Of a stretch of DNA of 64,000 nt, positions 1-9,131 are shown piece by piece. The position numbers and the translations under genes were made by a program. Source of the stretch: Shigella phage SH-2; sequence record PQ642267; one strand, written 5' to 3'. Every line of letters starts with the position of its first letter. Position 1 is the stretch's first letter. Below the pieces are notes generated by a model that searched no databases, was not told the origin of the DNA, and saw only the letters and a list, made by a program, of their open reading frames with translations.

Positions 1-186
1 ATGTTAATAATCTTTCCATCAGAAAGTTCAATTTCAATAATTCCAGTATCAGGTTCTATATCATCTTCGCATTCTTTTGCGAGTTCACGAACTTTAAAGA
101 CAGTACCTGCACTAAGTTCCGGCCAATAATTACACAGCCCTGTATCAGCACGATTAATTCTAAACCACTTATCTACTGTAATCATG
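1..186 (-). CDS. hypothetical protein, partial (ATG at 186-184, runs off window start)
   Basis: Open minus-strand frame from ATG at 184-186 to position 1 (62 codons, no stop); no recognisable motif. Confidence 0.3.
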
Positions 187-308
187 TCCCATCTCCATAT
201 CAATTAAGTCATTTATCGTAGGTTCATTATATACTGTTTCTTCATCAGTGTAAACCGGTTCTTCCGGCTCTGGCTCTACAGTTTCCCATCTAGCCGCCCA
301 CCAAGGTT

Positions 309-629
309 TTATAGCGTAATCCATTCTCGTATTGTCTGAGTTACTACACGTTCACGGGGCTCGACTAGTTCAACAGTTGGAACTGCATAATACCAGTCAG
401 AATGGTAAGAACCTGAGCGAGATTCATTTACGGAAACATGTACATTATGTTTTGGACTAAAATAAACACACTGTCGATATTGGCATTTACCATCTTGTAC
501 CCAATCTTCTATTTCGACAGGTTTAAGATAATCCGAAAAATCGAAATCATAATTTTCTGAAAATGCATCATGGTCTTCGATGATTTCACTCAGAACTGCA
601 TCAACATCTAATTTATTTTCAATATTCAT
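309..629 (-). CDS. hypothetical early protein (106 aa)
   Basis: ORF track; ATG at 627-629; acidic, no motif recognised. Confidence 0.45.
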   Translation of the reverse strand: MNIENKLDVDAVLSEIIEDHDAFSENYDFDFSDYLKPVEIEDWVQDGKCQYRQCVYFSPKHNVHVSVNESRSGSYHSDWYYAVPTVELVEPRERVVTQTIREWITL

Positions 630-639
630 TTTTCACCAA

Positions 640-810
640 TTAATTTCGCAATTTATTAAGTTCTTCATAATCAATCCAGGATTCTAGTCCTGATGGCAAA
701 TCAGATTCAATTTCCCAAAGAAGCTCTTCAATTTTCTGAAGACGATCTAATTCTTCGGCTGGAATAGTAACCATTGACGGAGTTCTTGATACACTAATAT
801 CGTAAATCAT
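640..810 (-). CDS. hypothetical small protein
   Basis: ORF track 640-849; start moved to ATG at 808-810 (TAAATATG overlap with upstream stop). Confidence 0.35.
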   Translation of the reverse strand: MIYDISVSRTPSMVTIPAEELDRLQKIEELLWEIESDLPSGLESWIDYEELNKLRN

Positions 811-812
811 AT

Positions 813-1028
813 TTACCCCAGTTTGACCATGCAATCGCCATATTTCCATTTAGAAATAGACTTTTCACCGTTAGAATAATAAACTTCGAGTTTAGCACGA
901 TTATTTTTAATTTGAATAACCTTTGCTGTCATCAAAGTTCCATACCCGTAATAAACTGCAACCTCATCACCTACATATACCGCGCTTCCGCGGTAGTCAT
1001 GGATATAATCAGTTCCTTCGAGCATCAT
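813..1028 (-). CDS. hypothetical small protein (71 aa)
   Basis: ORF track; ATG overlaps nrdC stop as ATGA. Confidence 0.4.
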   Translation of the reverse strand: MMLEGTDYIHDYRGSAVYVGDEVAVYYGYGTLMTAKVIQIKNNRAKLEVYYSNGEKSISKWKYGDCMVKLG

Positions 1029-1288
1029 TTAAAGTATTCCCGCAATTGGTCAAATCCACCAATATGACTTCCATCAGGAGCAAATACTTGTGGCATCGTC
1101 AGTCCAATTTGAGTATCACGACCCAGTTTAGTTAGAAGCTCAGCGATTTTCTCATCATCAAAAACACCTTTTTCCGGCATAATATTGATAAATTCAAACG
1201 GCTGTTTCTTCACCGTCAAAAGACGTTTTGCATTATCGCAATACACACATTTATGGATGCTGCTATCATAACCATATACTTTAAACAT
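1025..1288 (-). CDS. nrdC: phage thioredoxin/glutaredoxin (87 aa, CVYC active site)
   Basis: 87 aa starting MFKVYGYDS with CVYC redox motif; matches T4 NrdC from memory. Confidence 0.85.
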   Translation of the reverse strand: MFKVYGYDSSIHKCVYCDNAKRLLTVKKQPFEFINIMPEKGVFDDEKIAELLTKLGRDTQIGLTMPQVFAPDGSHIGGFDQLREYFK

Positions 1289-1289
1289 A

Positions 1290-1532
1290 TTATTCCTTAA
1301 TTCCTAGTACTTGTTTAAAAGCCTCGTCGTAATCAAGACTTTGACCCGTTTGTTCTTTATGTTTGTATATAATATCACTTACTTCTGATAGCATATTTTT
1401 ATATGAACGAGTTAAAGCAGATTTAAGCACGCTGTATCTATCAGGAAATTTACCGTGTTCATTATAATACGCTATTGCTAATTCACGGACTGCCTTTTCA
1501 GCAATCTCCATATATTCTTTACGCTTTGTCAT
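1290..1532 (-). CDS. hypothetical small protein (~80 aa)
   Basis: ORF track 1290-1667; internal ATG at 1530-1532 directly follows upstream stop (TAAAATG). Confidence 0.4.
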   Translation of the reverse strand: MTKRKEYMEIAEKAVRELAIAYYNEHGKFPDRYSVLKSALTRSYKNMLSEVSDIIYKHKEQTGQSLDYDEAFKQVLGIKE

Positions 1533-1533
1533 T

Positions 1534-1923
1534 TTAATCCAAAATATTATTAGGCATTGGTTGAACACTCGCAAGTTCTTTAAAGAACTCAGTAGAGTCA
1601 GGTAATTTAACCATTTCCGGAGCATGCTTACTAAATTTATGTTTGCAATGACGGCATTTATATTCAAGTTCCGGTTTACGCCAGTTAATCAATTGAACCT
1701 GTTCAGTACCGCATTCAGGACAATTAGGAACGTTTTTAGAAGCCCTTTCGCGACGTTCAACCATAGCCATAATAGCATCCCAGGCTGGAGGTTTAAAATC
1801 TAAATCGTCACAACCATGAATCTTTCCACGCATTTCTAAATCGTCTTCTTCACCAGCCATAATAATTTTAATTAGACTGGAATTACTTGAAGCTGCAATA
1901 TCTTCTAATAAGCGCTTTTTCAT
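1534..1923 (-). CDS. hypothetical protein with Cys4 zinc-ribbon-like motif (CPECG...CRHC)
   Basis: 129-aa ORF, ATG at 1921-1923 overlapping upstream stop (ATGA); CxxC...CxxC pair. Confidence 0.45.
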   Translation of the reverse strand: MKKRLLEDIAASSNSSLIKIIMAGEEDDLEMRGKIHGCDDLDFKPPAWDAIMAMVERRERASKNVPNCPECGTEQVQLINWRKPELEYKCRHCKHKFSKHAPEMVKLPDSTEFFKELASVQPMPNNILD

Positions 1924-2849
1924 TTCAGTACCTCAATAGCATTACGTAAACCATTTGCTTTTGCATTAAGAGCTTTTAACAGTTTGGTGTGTTCGGCAAT
2001 CTGGGCTTCAACTTCAATCAAACGAGCATTGAGATATTCGCGTTCTTCGCTCAGGTTATCAACCTTTTCTACTTTAGGTTCTTTTACAACTGGCTTATAT
2101 GTATTAGGGTTCTTCAGTTTAATTAGAATACGTGAACTGTATAACATTGAACCATTATTTTCGGTTTCGTCATACATTTCTACTACGTCCATGATTTTTA
2201 ACATCATGCGGAGTTTATAAGATAACGAACGAATAGTTTTGTTGTGCTTATTAATTTCTCTAGCTGTCATGGTGCCGAGATTACGTGAGTAATAATAAGG
2301 AACCTGGATATTAATTAATACTGATGAACCACCTGGCTTGTGTGTTACTTCATCAGCAATAACCCAATCCTTAACATGAACTGTATTTGTACGGTCATCG
2401 CCTGCGGTAAATAGTTTACGAGCATGCTTAAAAAGCATATTCACTTGGTCATTAAATTGACAGGCAAATTTATCAGCAAATTTAGTTTCAGGAATGGTAG
2501 ATAGCCAATCAGCCAAATGGGTCTTTTTAACATCGTTAACAATAGTAAATTCAACCAAATCAGTTATAGATGTCGCAGATTTAATAAAACTCGGCTTCAT
2601 AAAGTTTTTAATGTTATCGCGAGCTACAGTAGAAGATAACATACGAGAACGTTTAAACCATTCAAGCAAATTGCCTAATGAATGAGAATAGGCGTTCTGA
2701 GTATCTTTACAGATATGATTTTCCTGGCCAACATATTGAAGGAAATCACGAAGAATATTATTGATTACTGCTCTGTGCCCGATCTGATAATTACGATGTT
2801 TAGTAATAAGACTATCAAAATAATCAATATAATGTTTACGAGTTTTCAT
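1920..2849 (-). CDS. paralog-family protein 1 (309 aa, C-terminal coiled coil)
   Basis: ATG at 2847-2849; N-terminus MKTRKHYIDYF; shares N-terminal and central motifs plus a heptad-rich C-terminus with the next three genes. Confidence 0.55.
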   Translation of the reverse strand: MKTRKHYIDYFDSLITKHRNYQIGHRAVINNILRDFLQYVGQENHICKDTQNAYSHSLGNLLEWFKRSRMLSSTVARDNIKNFMKPSFIKSATSITDLVEFTIVNDVKKTHLADWLSTIPETKFADKFACQFNDQVNMLFKHARKLFTAGDDRTNTVHVKDWVIADEVTHKPGGSSVLINIQVPYYYSRNLGTMTAREINKHNKTIRSLSYKLRMMLKIMDVVEMYDETENNGSMLYSSRILIKLKNPNTYKPVVKEPKVEKVDNLSEEREYLNARLIEVEAQIAEHTKLLKALNAKANGLRNAIEVLK

Positions 2850-2901
2850 GTTCTTCTCACTTGATTAATGATTTATGCTCCGAGCCATCCTTGGCTTTAA
2901 A

Positions 2902-3903
2902 TTACTTAATTAGCTGTAAAGCTTGTTCAAGACGATCCAGACGATTAACAGATTCTTCCCAAATCCTTTTAGCCTTCTCATATTCTTTCTGCGCTTTATT
3001 AGAAATTTCTAGAACTTCTTTATAAGCTTTTTCTAGTGCAATAACTTCTGGACGAATTTCTATCGGTTCAGGCGAATCGTCAAGACATTCCATTAGTTCT
3101 TCAAGGGTAGTTTCTTCTTTAGGAGTATTCACAATTTCATCACATTTTTGTTGGTAAATTTCTTTATCAGTCGGTGAATAAGCGCATTTCACTTCACGAA
3201 GGCTAATTATAATTTTATATCCTTCCCACCCACACATATTTTTGAAAGGATATGTATGAATACTTTTTACAGTTTCCATACAGCCCAAAACCGCCTCTAA
3301 TTGATAAGTTATAGTGCTAGCAATTGAGAAAAATTTATTAATATTCTTTTGGTTAGCGTTTGGTGTAAAAAATCCATAATTCACAAAAATAGCTACTTTA
3401 TTTTTATCAAGCTCATATTCTTTTACGATAATCATATCAGAAGCCAAAGGATGAATTTGACGATAATCGCCATAACATAATTTAGAAGCTGATTTTAGAA
3501 TTTGTCCTTTGAAAAGTCTGAAATTACTAATCCAACGACGAGTAAAAATATTCTCAGGGTCTTCTTTATTATTAAGATGATAAGAATTAACATCACCGAA
3601 CCAATTATATCCTACTACATCTTTAGTTCGTTTAATTTCTTTCCCAAATTTACCAAGAATATCTCTGTTGACTAAGTATGAAAGAAGACGAGACCCTTTA
3701 AAGGTTTTCTTAATGTCATCTTTATCTGTACGACTAGAAATTTCACGAACTTCGTGAATAAATCTGCTGGAAGAAACAATGCTTACATCAATATTATTGA
3801 GCCATTGATTGATAATAGAAAGAACACTATTCTGACTAGACATAGGTTTAACTTTATCATCAATAACACTGTTGAATGATTTGATATATTCGTTACGAGT
3901 CAT
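2902..3903 (-). CDS. paralog-family protein 2 (~333 aa, C-terminal coiled coil)
   Basis: Track start 3954 is upstream of the promoter; ATG at 3901-3903 has GAGGAG SD; begins MTRNEYIKSF. Confidence 0.55.
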   Translation of the reverse strand: MTRNEYIKSFNSVIDDKVKPMSSQNSVLSIINQWLNNIDVSIVSSSRFIHEVREISSRTDKDDIKKTFKGSRLLSYLVNRDILGKFGKEIKRTKDVVGYNWFGDVNSYHLNNKEDPENIFTRRWISNFRLFKGQILKSASKLCYGDYRQIHPLASDMIIVKEYELDKNKVAIFVNYGFFTPNANQKNINKFFSIASTITYQLEAVLGCMETVKSIHTYPFKNMCGWEGYKIIISLREVKCAYSPTDKEIYQQKCDEIVNTPKEETTLEELMECLDDSPEPIEIRPEVIALEKAYKEVLEISNKAQKEYEKAKRIWEESVNRLDRLEQALQLIK

Positions 3904-3932
3904 ATTAATCTCCTCAGTAGAAAGTAAGAACA

Positions 3933-3961
3933 TTATACCACATCCTTGTGGCAAAGTAAAC
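3933..3961 (-). promoter_or_regulatory. T4-type early promoter (GTTTAC -35, TATAAT -10)
   Basis: Minus strand reads GTTTAC...TATAAT, followed by SD and ATG at 3903. Confidence 0.5.
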
Positions 3962-4989
3962 TAGTTTAGTGCATTTAGTGCATTGTTCAGTTTAGAACGT
4001 TGCTTCGTAAGATTTTTGACTTTTTCTTGAGCTTTTTCTAGCATCTTTTCAGCTTCTAGCACTTCATTAGTTGCTTTAACGAGTTCATCATCTACTGCCT
4101 TGATAGACTTCTCAATCGCATCGGCATGCCATTTTTCAACAGGTTTAAGACTCGGATTTTCAACAGGAAGAAAATTCACTTTATTGAATTTCCATTCATC
4201 CTTATTACCTGAACTATACATCCAAAATTTAGGATCGTTTGATGGGTAATTGGATAAATTTAAATTTAAGTTATCTTGCACTTCCTGCTTTTTCTCTTGC
4301 GGGACTTCGTCCTTTCTCAAAAAATCGTATTTAAATGAAACGATCATATCAAGTTCATATGTTGTTGTGTCTAATTTAAATCGTTCGAAATGTTGTGAAA
4401 TCTTAGACTGAACAGCAGCAACAACATCCATATACTTAAATGCTTCTGTCAACTGCGATTTAAGGCATTCGCAAATTGAAAGAGAATTTTTTGTATTAGG
4501 TTTAAAGCTAATTCGTGCAGTTCTGTTATTTTCTTTTAATGGTCTTACTTCCATCTGAAGAGTATAACCATCAAATTTCAGATTCTTTAAGTTAATATCA
4601 GAACCTTTTAATCGACTCGCAGTTGATAAAATTTGCTTTAATTGTCTACGGAACAGAGCAATAAATCTCCATTCAATACGATAATGATTTGGATTGAAAA
4701 ATCCAGATGATAAATCGACCTTACTTTGACCAACGCCTTGAACAAATAGAGGATTTTTATAATCAATAGTTTTACAGAAATCGGTGAGCTGCTCACGAGC
4801 AGTCATTTGCGTAATATACCCTGCTTTACTAAAATTACGCACCCATTCACTGCTATTCGTATACTTAAAGTGATGAATAACACGATTAACTTTGTCAGGG
4901 TCTAAATTATTTTCACACAAAAATGTCATAACATCACGAGTATAGCTGGCATTACGAACCATATCTTCAATTTGAGAACGAGTTTTCAT
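3961..4989 (-). CDS. paralog-family protein 3 (342 aa, C-terminal coiled coil)
   Basis: ATG at 4987-4989 with AAGGAA SD; MKTRSQIEDM N-terminus; motif W..I..FRRQLKQIL..AS.LKG shared with neighbours. Confidence 0.55.
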   Translation of the reverse strand: MKTRSQIEDMVRNASYTRDVMTFLCENNLDPDKVNRVIHHFKYTNSSEWVRNFSKAGYITQMTAREQLTDFCKTIDYKNPLFVQGVGQSKVDLSSGFFNPNHYRIEWRFIALFRRQLKQILSTASRLKGSDINLKNLKFDGYTLQMEVRPLKENNRTARISFKPNTKNSLSICECLKSQLTEAFKYMDVVAAVQSKISQHFERFKLDTTTYELDMIVSFKYDFLRKDEVPQEKKQEVQDNLNLNLSNYPSNDPKFWMYSSGNKDEWKFNKVNFLPVENPSLKPVEKWHADAIEKSIKAVDDELVKATNEVLEAEKMLEKAQEKVKNLTKQRSKLNNALNALN

Positions 4990-4997
4990 GGTGTTCC

Positions 4998-5888
4998 TTA
5001 AGATTTAAGTAAATCAACAATTTTAATTAACTTTTCACGCTCAGATTTAGCTTTACTACTCAATCCAGATAGTCTGAAAATTTCATCGTCATATTGTTGA
5101 ATAGAAATATTCAGCTCTTCAATCTGCTTATTAAAATAATCAATTTGTTCAGAATGTTTTTCGTTACTACGAACCGGTACAGGTTTTGTAGGCAATTTAG
5201 TTGAACTGGATTCATCCGGGCGATAAATTAAAATACAACTTGAACCAATAGGGCATTTTGCACCAGATGAATATTCTAGTGTTCCAGCTTCTTTTAAAAC
5301 TTCAAAAGCTAAACAGAGATGATGACCCATATTGACATAATCTGTAGAGCGAGCTCTGATGTAATAATCATCTCCGCGAATACTAAATTTAAAGCATTTA
5401 AGGTCTTCTGTATTATTGGTCTTAAAAATCATTTGTTTATCTAGACCTTTAGCTAATCGAGCGCCTAATGCTAATAATCGTCGTTGATTTTCCCACAAAT
5501 CCGCAATCATTTGATCGAATGATAATTTCGGCATTAGTCGACCATAAAGGTCATATCCTTTATTATAATTACGAAGGATTTCACTCGCGTTAATACGAGA
5601 CAATGCTCCAATTTTATTAAGGGCTTTCATAATGCGATTAGATAAACTCATTCCAGATCCATTTGTTCGCTGCAAATGTTTTTCTAATCCAAATCCAATA
5701 TCAACTTTAAACTTATCTAAAATTTCTGCATGAACATCTTTGTCGATAACATTCAAATCCAAAGTTGGGTTAAATCTATGAAAAAATTTATCTGGCTCTC
5801 CACGGCGAAGTACAGTCCATTCATTCATCATTTTTTTATTAACTAATGATTTAATTACTGCATTGACATTATTAATTACTACTGACAT
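4998..5888 (-). CDS. paralog-family protein 4 (~296 aa, C-terminal coiled coil)
   Basis: Track start 5924 is GTG; ATG at 5886-5888 has GAGGAAA SD; C-terminal heptad region. Confidence 0.5.
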   Translation of the reverse strand: MSVVINNVNAVIKSLVNKKMMNEWTVLRRGEPDKFFHRFNPTLDLNVIDKDVHAEILDKFKVDIGFGLEKHLQRTNGSGMSLSNRIMKALNKIGALSRINASEILRNYNKGYDLYGRLMPKLSFDQMIADLWENQRRLLALGARLAKGLDKQMIFKTNNTEDLKCFKFSIRGDDYYIRARSTDYVNMGHHLCLAFEVLKEAGTLEYSSGAKCPIGSSCILIYRPDESSSTKLPTKPVPVRSNEKHSEQIDYFNKQIEELNISIQQYDDEIFRLSGLSSKAKSEREKLIKIVDLLKS

Positions 5889-5895
5889 ATTTTCC

Positions 5896-6303
5896 TCACT
5901 CAATTTCAATTTTACTAAATACACAGAATATGATTGAACAGACTACATAAGCGCCACACACGGATTGAACTAATACCATCCCAAAGAACCAAACAATATT
6001 ATCAAACAGTGTCTGTTTTACGTCGAAAGGACGTAAACTTACAGTAATATTATCACCTTTTTCTATTGAAGAATACATCTCTGGGGAAATATATTCACTA
6101 AATCTATAACCGTCTTTGAGTTCATATACGGCAATAAACGATAAACTAGACCCTTTTCCTTGAGTTCCTGTAATAGTATTAACTACAGTAACATCATAAT
6201 CTTTATAATGCATATAATCATTAATTGCGTAATAACCATATGCAACTACTATACATAAACAACATATCAATAAATTCAATCTTTTAATTATCAACCGTTT
6301 CAT
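5896..6303 (-). CDS. predicted membrane protein (135 aa, N- and C-terminal TM helices)
   Basis: Hydrophobic segments LLICCLCIVVAYGYYAI and IVWFFGMVLVQSVCGAYVVCSIIFCVF. Confidence 0.5.
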   Translation of the reverse strand: MKRLIIKRLNLLICCLCIVVAYGYYAINDYMHYKDYDVTVVNTITGTQGKGSSLSFIAVYELKDGYRFSEYISPEMYSSIEKGDNITVSLRPFDVKQTLFDNIVWFFGMVLVQSVCGAYVVCSIIFCVFSKIEIE

Positions 6304-6358
6304 AATAATCTCAATTAAAAGGGCTTAGAACCATTATACCATCCTTGGTATAAAGCGG

Positions 6359-6886
6359 TTATGCGAGTACCGTCTTTAACCGTTCTTCAAACTTCCGAAG
6401 AGTATTTTGGCGTTCAGCTCTTTGCTTTTTGTAAGTTTCAATACGCTCTGAAATGAGAGAGTATCGTTCATTTACTGATTCTTTCATAAAATCAGGAATT
6501 TCACGAGAAGCTTTAATCTCATCAAATTTATCAATAACAGCTTGCTCTTCAGCAATTAAATTATCATACATTAAAATATCTTTCTTGATGAACTCAATAT
6601 CTTCTTGAGTTACACGAGATAATTTAGATGCTTTATCCTTTTTGTACTGTTCGTTAGTATCACGAGACCAGTGTAATGTACGATTTTTATTCGTATTTTT
6701 GTAAATTTCGACAATACCAATCTCATCAATAATAACGATCCAATTCCAACGGGATTTGTAAATTTGTCCTCCATCAACTGTGATTTCACCTCCGATTGAG
6801 ATGTCGTTAAAGAACTTGCTTTGTGCTTCAGATTTAAATTTACCATCATTGTAATTTACCAGGTTGAAAATATCTTTAGCGTTCAT
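6359..6886 (-). CDS. hypothetical early protein (175 aa)
   Basis: ATG at 6884-6886 with GGAGG SD just downstream of early promoter. Confidence 0.5.
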   Translation of the reverse strand: MNAKDIFNLVNYNDGKFKSEAQSKFFNDISIGGEITVDGGQIYKSRWNWIVIIDEIGIVEIYKNTNKNRTLHWSRDTNEQYKKDKASKLSRVTQEDIEFIKKDILMYDNLIAEEQAVIDKFDEIKASREIPDFMKESVNERYSLISERIETYKKQRAERQNTLRKFEERLKTVLA

Positions 6887-6913
6887 TTTCTGTTCCTCCG
6901 TAGTTGATAGTTG

Positions 6914-6944
6914 TATAGTACCACAGAGGAACAGTCTTGTAAAC
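6914..6944 (-). promoter_or_regulatory. T4-type early promoter
   Basis: Minus strand GTTTAC (6939-6944) with TACTATAC -10 region; same motif recurs upstream of several early genes. Confidence 0.5.
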
Positions 6945-6946
6945 CA

Positions 6947-7261
6947 CTAAAAGAAACTTCTTTCACAATTTTTTCCACTGAACCATGCGCTCACTGCTTT
7001 CTTAGTCTCAGGAGCAGTGTTATCCATAAACCATTCAAAGGCAGCCTTTTTATGATTCTGGAGGGCTTCTCGGGCTTTAATCTGCTCACGGTCTATTAAC
7101 ACTAACATATGAGCCTTTCTTGTCACCATGGGCTTCTTATGATTTTTTGAATACTCCCAGTCATTTGTCCATCGCATTGTCGTTGCGAATTGAAATACAG
7201 CTTCTTTAATCTTAGTTTCGTAAATTTCACGAGCCTTTGAGTATAACATCACTACCTCCAT
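6947..7261 (-). CDS. hypothetical protein (104 aa)
   Basis: ORF track; no motif recognised. Confidence 0.45.
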   Translation of the reverse strand: MEVVMLYSKAREIYETKIKEAVFQFATTMRWTNDWEYSKNHKKPMVTRKAHMLVLIDREQIKAREALQNHKKAAFEWFMDNTAPETKKAVSAWFSGKNCERSFF

Positions 7262-7331
7262 TCACCAGTTTAATTCTAGTCATCTTTTTAATGGCAGTCC
7301 ATATAATCTATTTCTGAACTGCCTTTTTGTC

Positions 7332-8051
7332 TTAGGATTCTTCTAAATGTCTTTTCTGAAAAGTTGATACCATACTACGATACGGTTCATTTGGATACCC
7401 GTGTTTTATAGCTTCCTTTGTAAATTTTCTCCATCCATATTTAGTTTCTTTCCAAAGCTCGAATAATTCATCTTCATACTGCCATATAGTTAAATGAGAA
7501 CGCTTTGCAGCTTTAATTCCATTAATATGCTTTTCTTTTACTACAGGATTGTTTAGTTTCTTTTTAATAATATTACTAACTTTTCTAACAAAAACTGGGT
7601 CCTTATATCGTTGCGAAGTTTTTATTGAAGTGTTTAATTTAGCTTCCGGCGTGGATGTGACCTCTTTCATCTTTTTCTTCATATGCTGTATATGATTAGG
7701 ATTTTTCCATAAATTTATAGAATGCTTTTTGCATTTTATCCTAGTTTCATCTGCAACCTTTCCTCCTTCACCCCCGTATGACAGGTTAACACAGTTTTTT
7801 CCATATTTCAATTTACCTGCCATGATATATAATATTTCAGCTTGTACCATTTTATCATAATTATCAAAAACTTCTAAAACCGTTTTTGATAATATGTGGT
7901 CATTTGACACTTTTACACGTTCTATATAATTTCCACTACCAACATACGAATCATTGATGTTATTAGTTATATGTCGACCATAATAGTATTTCTTAATACC
8001 TGTCTTTAAATTTAATATTTCAGTTTTATAGATAGTAAAATATTTTTTCAT
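7332..8051 (-). CDS. GIY-YIG family homing endonuclease (seg-like)
   Basis: N-terminal IYK...YYYGRH...YVGSG (GIY-YIG) and NLSYGGEGG motif; parallels the segB-like protein at 26834-27499. Confidence 0.65.
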   Translation of the reverse strand: MKKYFTIYKTEILNLKTGIKKYYYGRHITNNINDSYVGSGNYIERVKVSNDHILSKTVLEVFDNYDKMVQAEILYIMAGKLKYGKNCVNLSYGGEGGKVADETRIKCKKHSINLWKNPNHIQHMKKKMKEVTSTPEAKLNTSIKTSQRYKDPVFVRKVSNIIKKKLNNPVVKEKHINGIKAAKRSHLTIWQYEDELFELWKETKYGWRKFTKEAIKHGYPNEPYRSMVSTFQKRHLEES

Positions 8052-9016
8052 TTTAATAATACCGTTTCAGCAATTTCTTCCCAACCGTTTTTGTCGGTCA
8101 TAATAAAGTCAGCAAGATAAAGAGCAGTACGCAGTGAAACATTGCGTAAACGGTTAACATTAACTTTCATCCATGATAATGCTTTATAAGTTTCTTCATC
8201 AGAAAGACCGCGCTTTTGCATCATGTCAGTTGAAAGAATAACATCTTCAACCCTGACCATAATTTCTTCATTAGTGTGAACACCCAAATCTAAATAAACC
8301 GAGCGGGACACTAATGCTTGTAAGTGTGGAGCAAGTTTAGTACCACGGTCTAATTCGCGGTCAATGTCAACGTTTGTGATAAAAACAATCGTTCCTTTAA
8401 ATTCAAACTCACGCTCAATGCCTTTTTCTTCTAAGTAAGAAGATGCAGTGCTCCAGCAGACTTTACGGGTCTCTCCAGTGTCCAGAGCGGCTTTTAGAAG
8501 ATTAAGAATGTCCATATCAGAGAAAACATCCACATCATCAATCAAAAGGACAGAATTCTCTTCACGATTATTCCAAAGCTGCTCATAAAGACCAATACCG
8601 GAGATTTTACCATTAATGCTTTTATATTCAATGTATCCAATATCATTTGCTTTATTTAAAGCTTTATCTAAAGAATACGTTTTACCAATACCTGCTGCGC
8701 CAGAGATAATCAATGAACGAATATTTCCGTTAATAATACCATTCGTCATCATTCCCATAACATTAAATCTTTTATTAATGCGGGTTTTCATATCTTCATA
8801 TGATTCTTTAACTTCTTCAACTTTTACACCATCATATGAAATATCTGATTTGTAAACCCAAACACCGCGACGTTTACCGTCAATTTCAACAAAAACTTTA
8901 CCATCTCCTTGTGCATCTACCGGAGCATTATCTGGGAACCATTCGCCTAAGAGCTCAAAAGTTCCAGAAATTTCTTTACCGAAGTAGATACCCTTATTGA
9001 TAGTTACAGTTTTCAT
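8048..9016 (-). CDS. P-loop ATPase (Walker A GAAGIGKT, Walker B LLIDDVD)
   Basis: Track start 9184 lies upstream of terminator and promoter; ATG at 9014-9016 with GGAGAA SD; Walker A/B motifs. Confidence 0.6.
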   Translation of the reverse strand: MKTVTINKGIYFGKEISGTFELLGEWFPDNAPVDAQGDGKVFVEIDGKRRGVWVYKSDISYDGVKVEEVKESYEDMKTRINKRFNVMGMMTNGIINGNIRSLIISGAAGIGKTYSLDKALNKANDIGYIEYKSINGKISGIGLYEQLWNNREENSVLLIDDVDVFSDMDILNLLKAALDTGETRKVCWSTASSYLEEKGIEREFEFKGTIVFITNVDIDRELDRGTKLAPHLQALVSRSVYLDLGVHTNEEIMVRVEDVILSTDMMQKRGLSDEETYKALSWMKVNVNRLRNVSLRTALYLADFIMTDKNGWEEIAETVLLK

Positions 9017-9049
9017 TTTATTCTCCAAATCCGTATCAGTTGATAGTTG

Positions 9050-9080
9050 TATAGTACCATAAAGCTTTATGCTTGTAAAC
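9050..9080 (-). promoter_or_regulatory. T4-type early promoter
   Basis: Minus strand GTTTAC (9075-9080) ... TACTATAC; A/T-rich upstream element. Confidence 0.5.
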
Positions 9081-9104
9081 CGTTTTGTGAAAAAATTTTT
9101 GAAA

Positions 9105-9129
9105 TAAAAAAGGGAGCCCGAAGGCTCCC
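9105..9129 (-). terminator. rho-independent terminator
   Basis: GGGAGCC-CGAA-GGCTCCC hairpin followed by T-run on minus strand, directly after stop at 9132. Confidence 0.6.
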
Positions 9130-9131
9130 TA

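Noticed and set aside
177-323. 48-aa minus-strand ORF overlapping the start of the partial ORF at 1-186
   Set aside because: Below the size where coding can be supported from sequence alone; may be a real overlapping T4-style micro-gene but no evidence.
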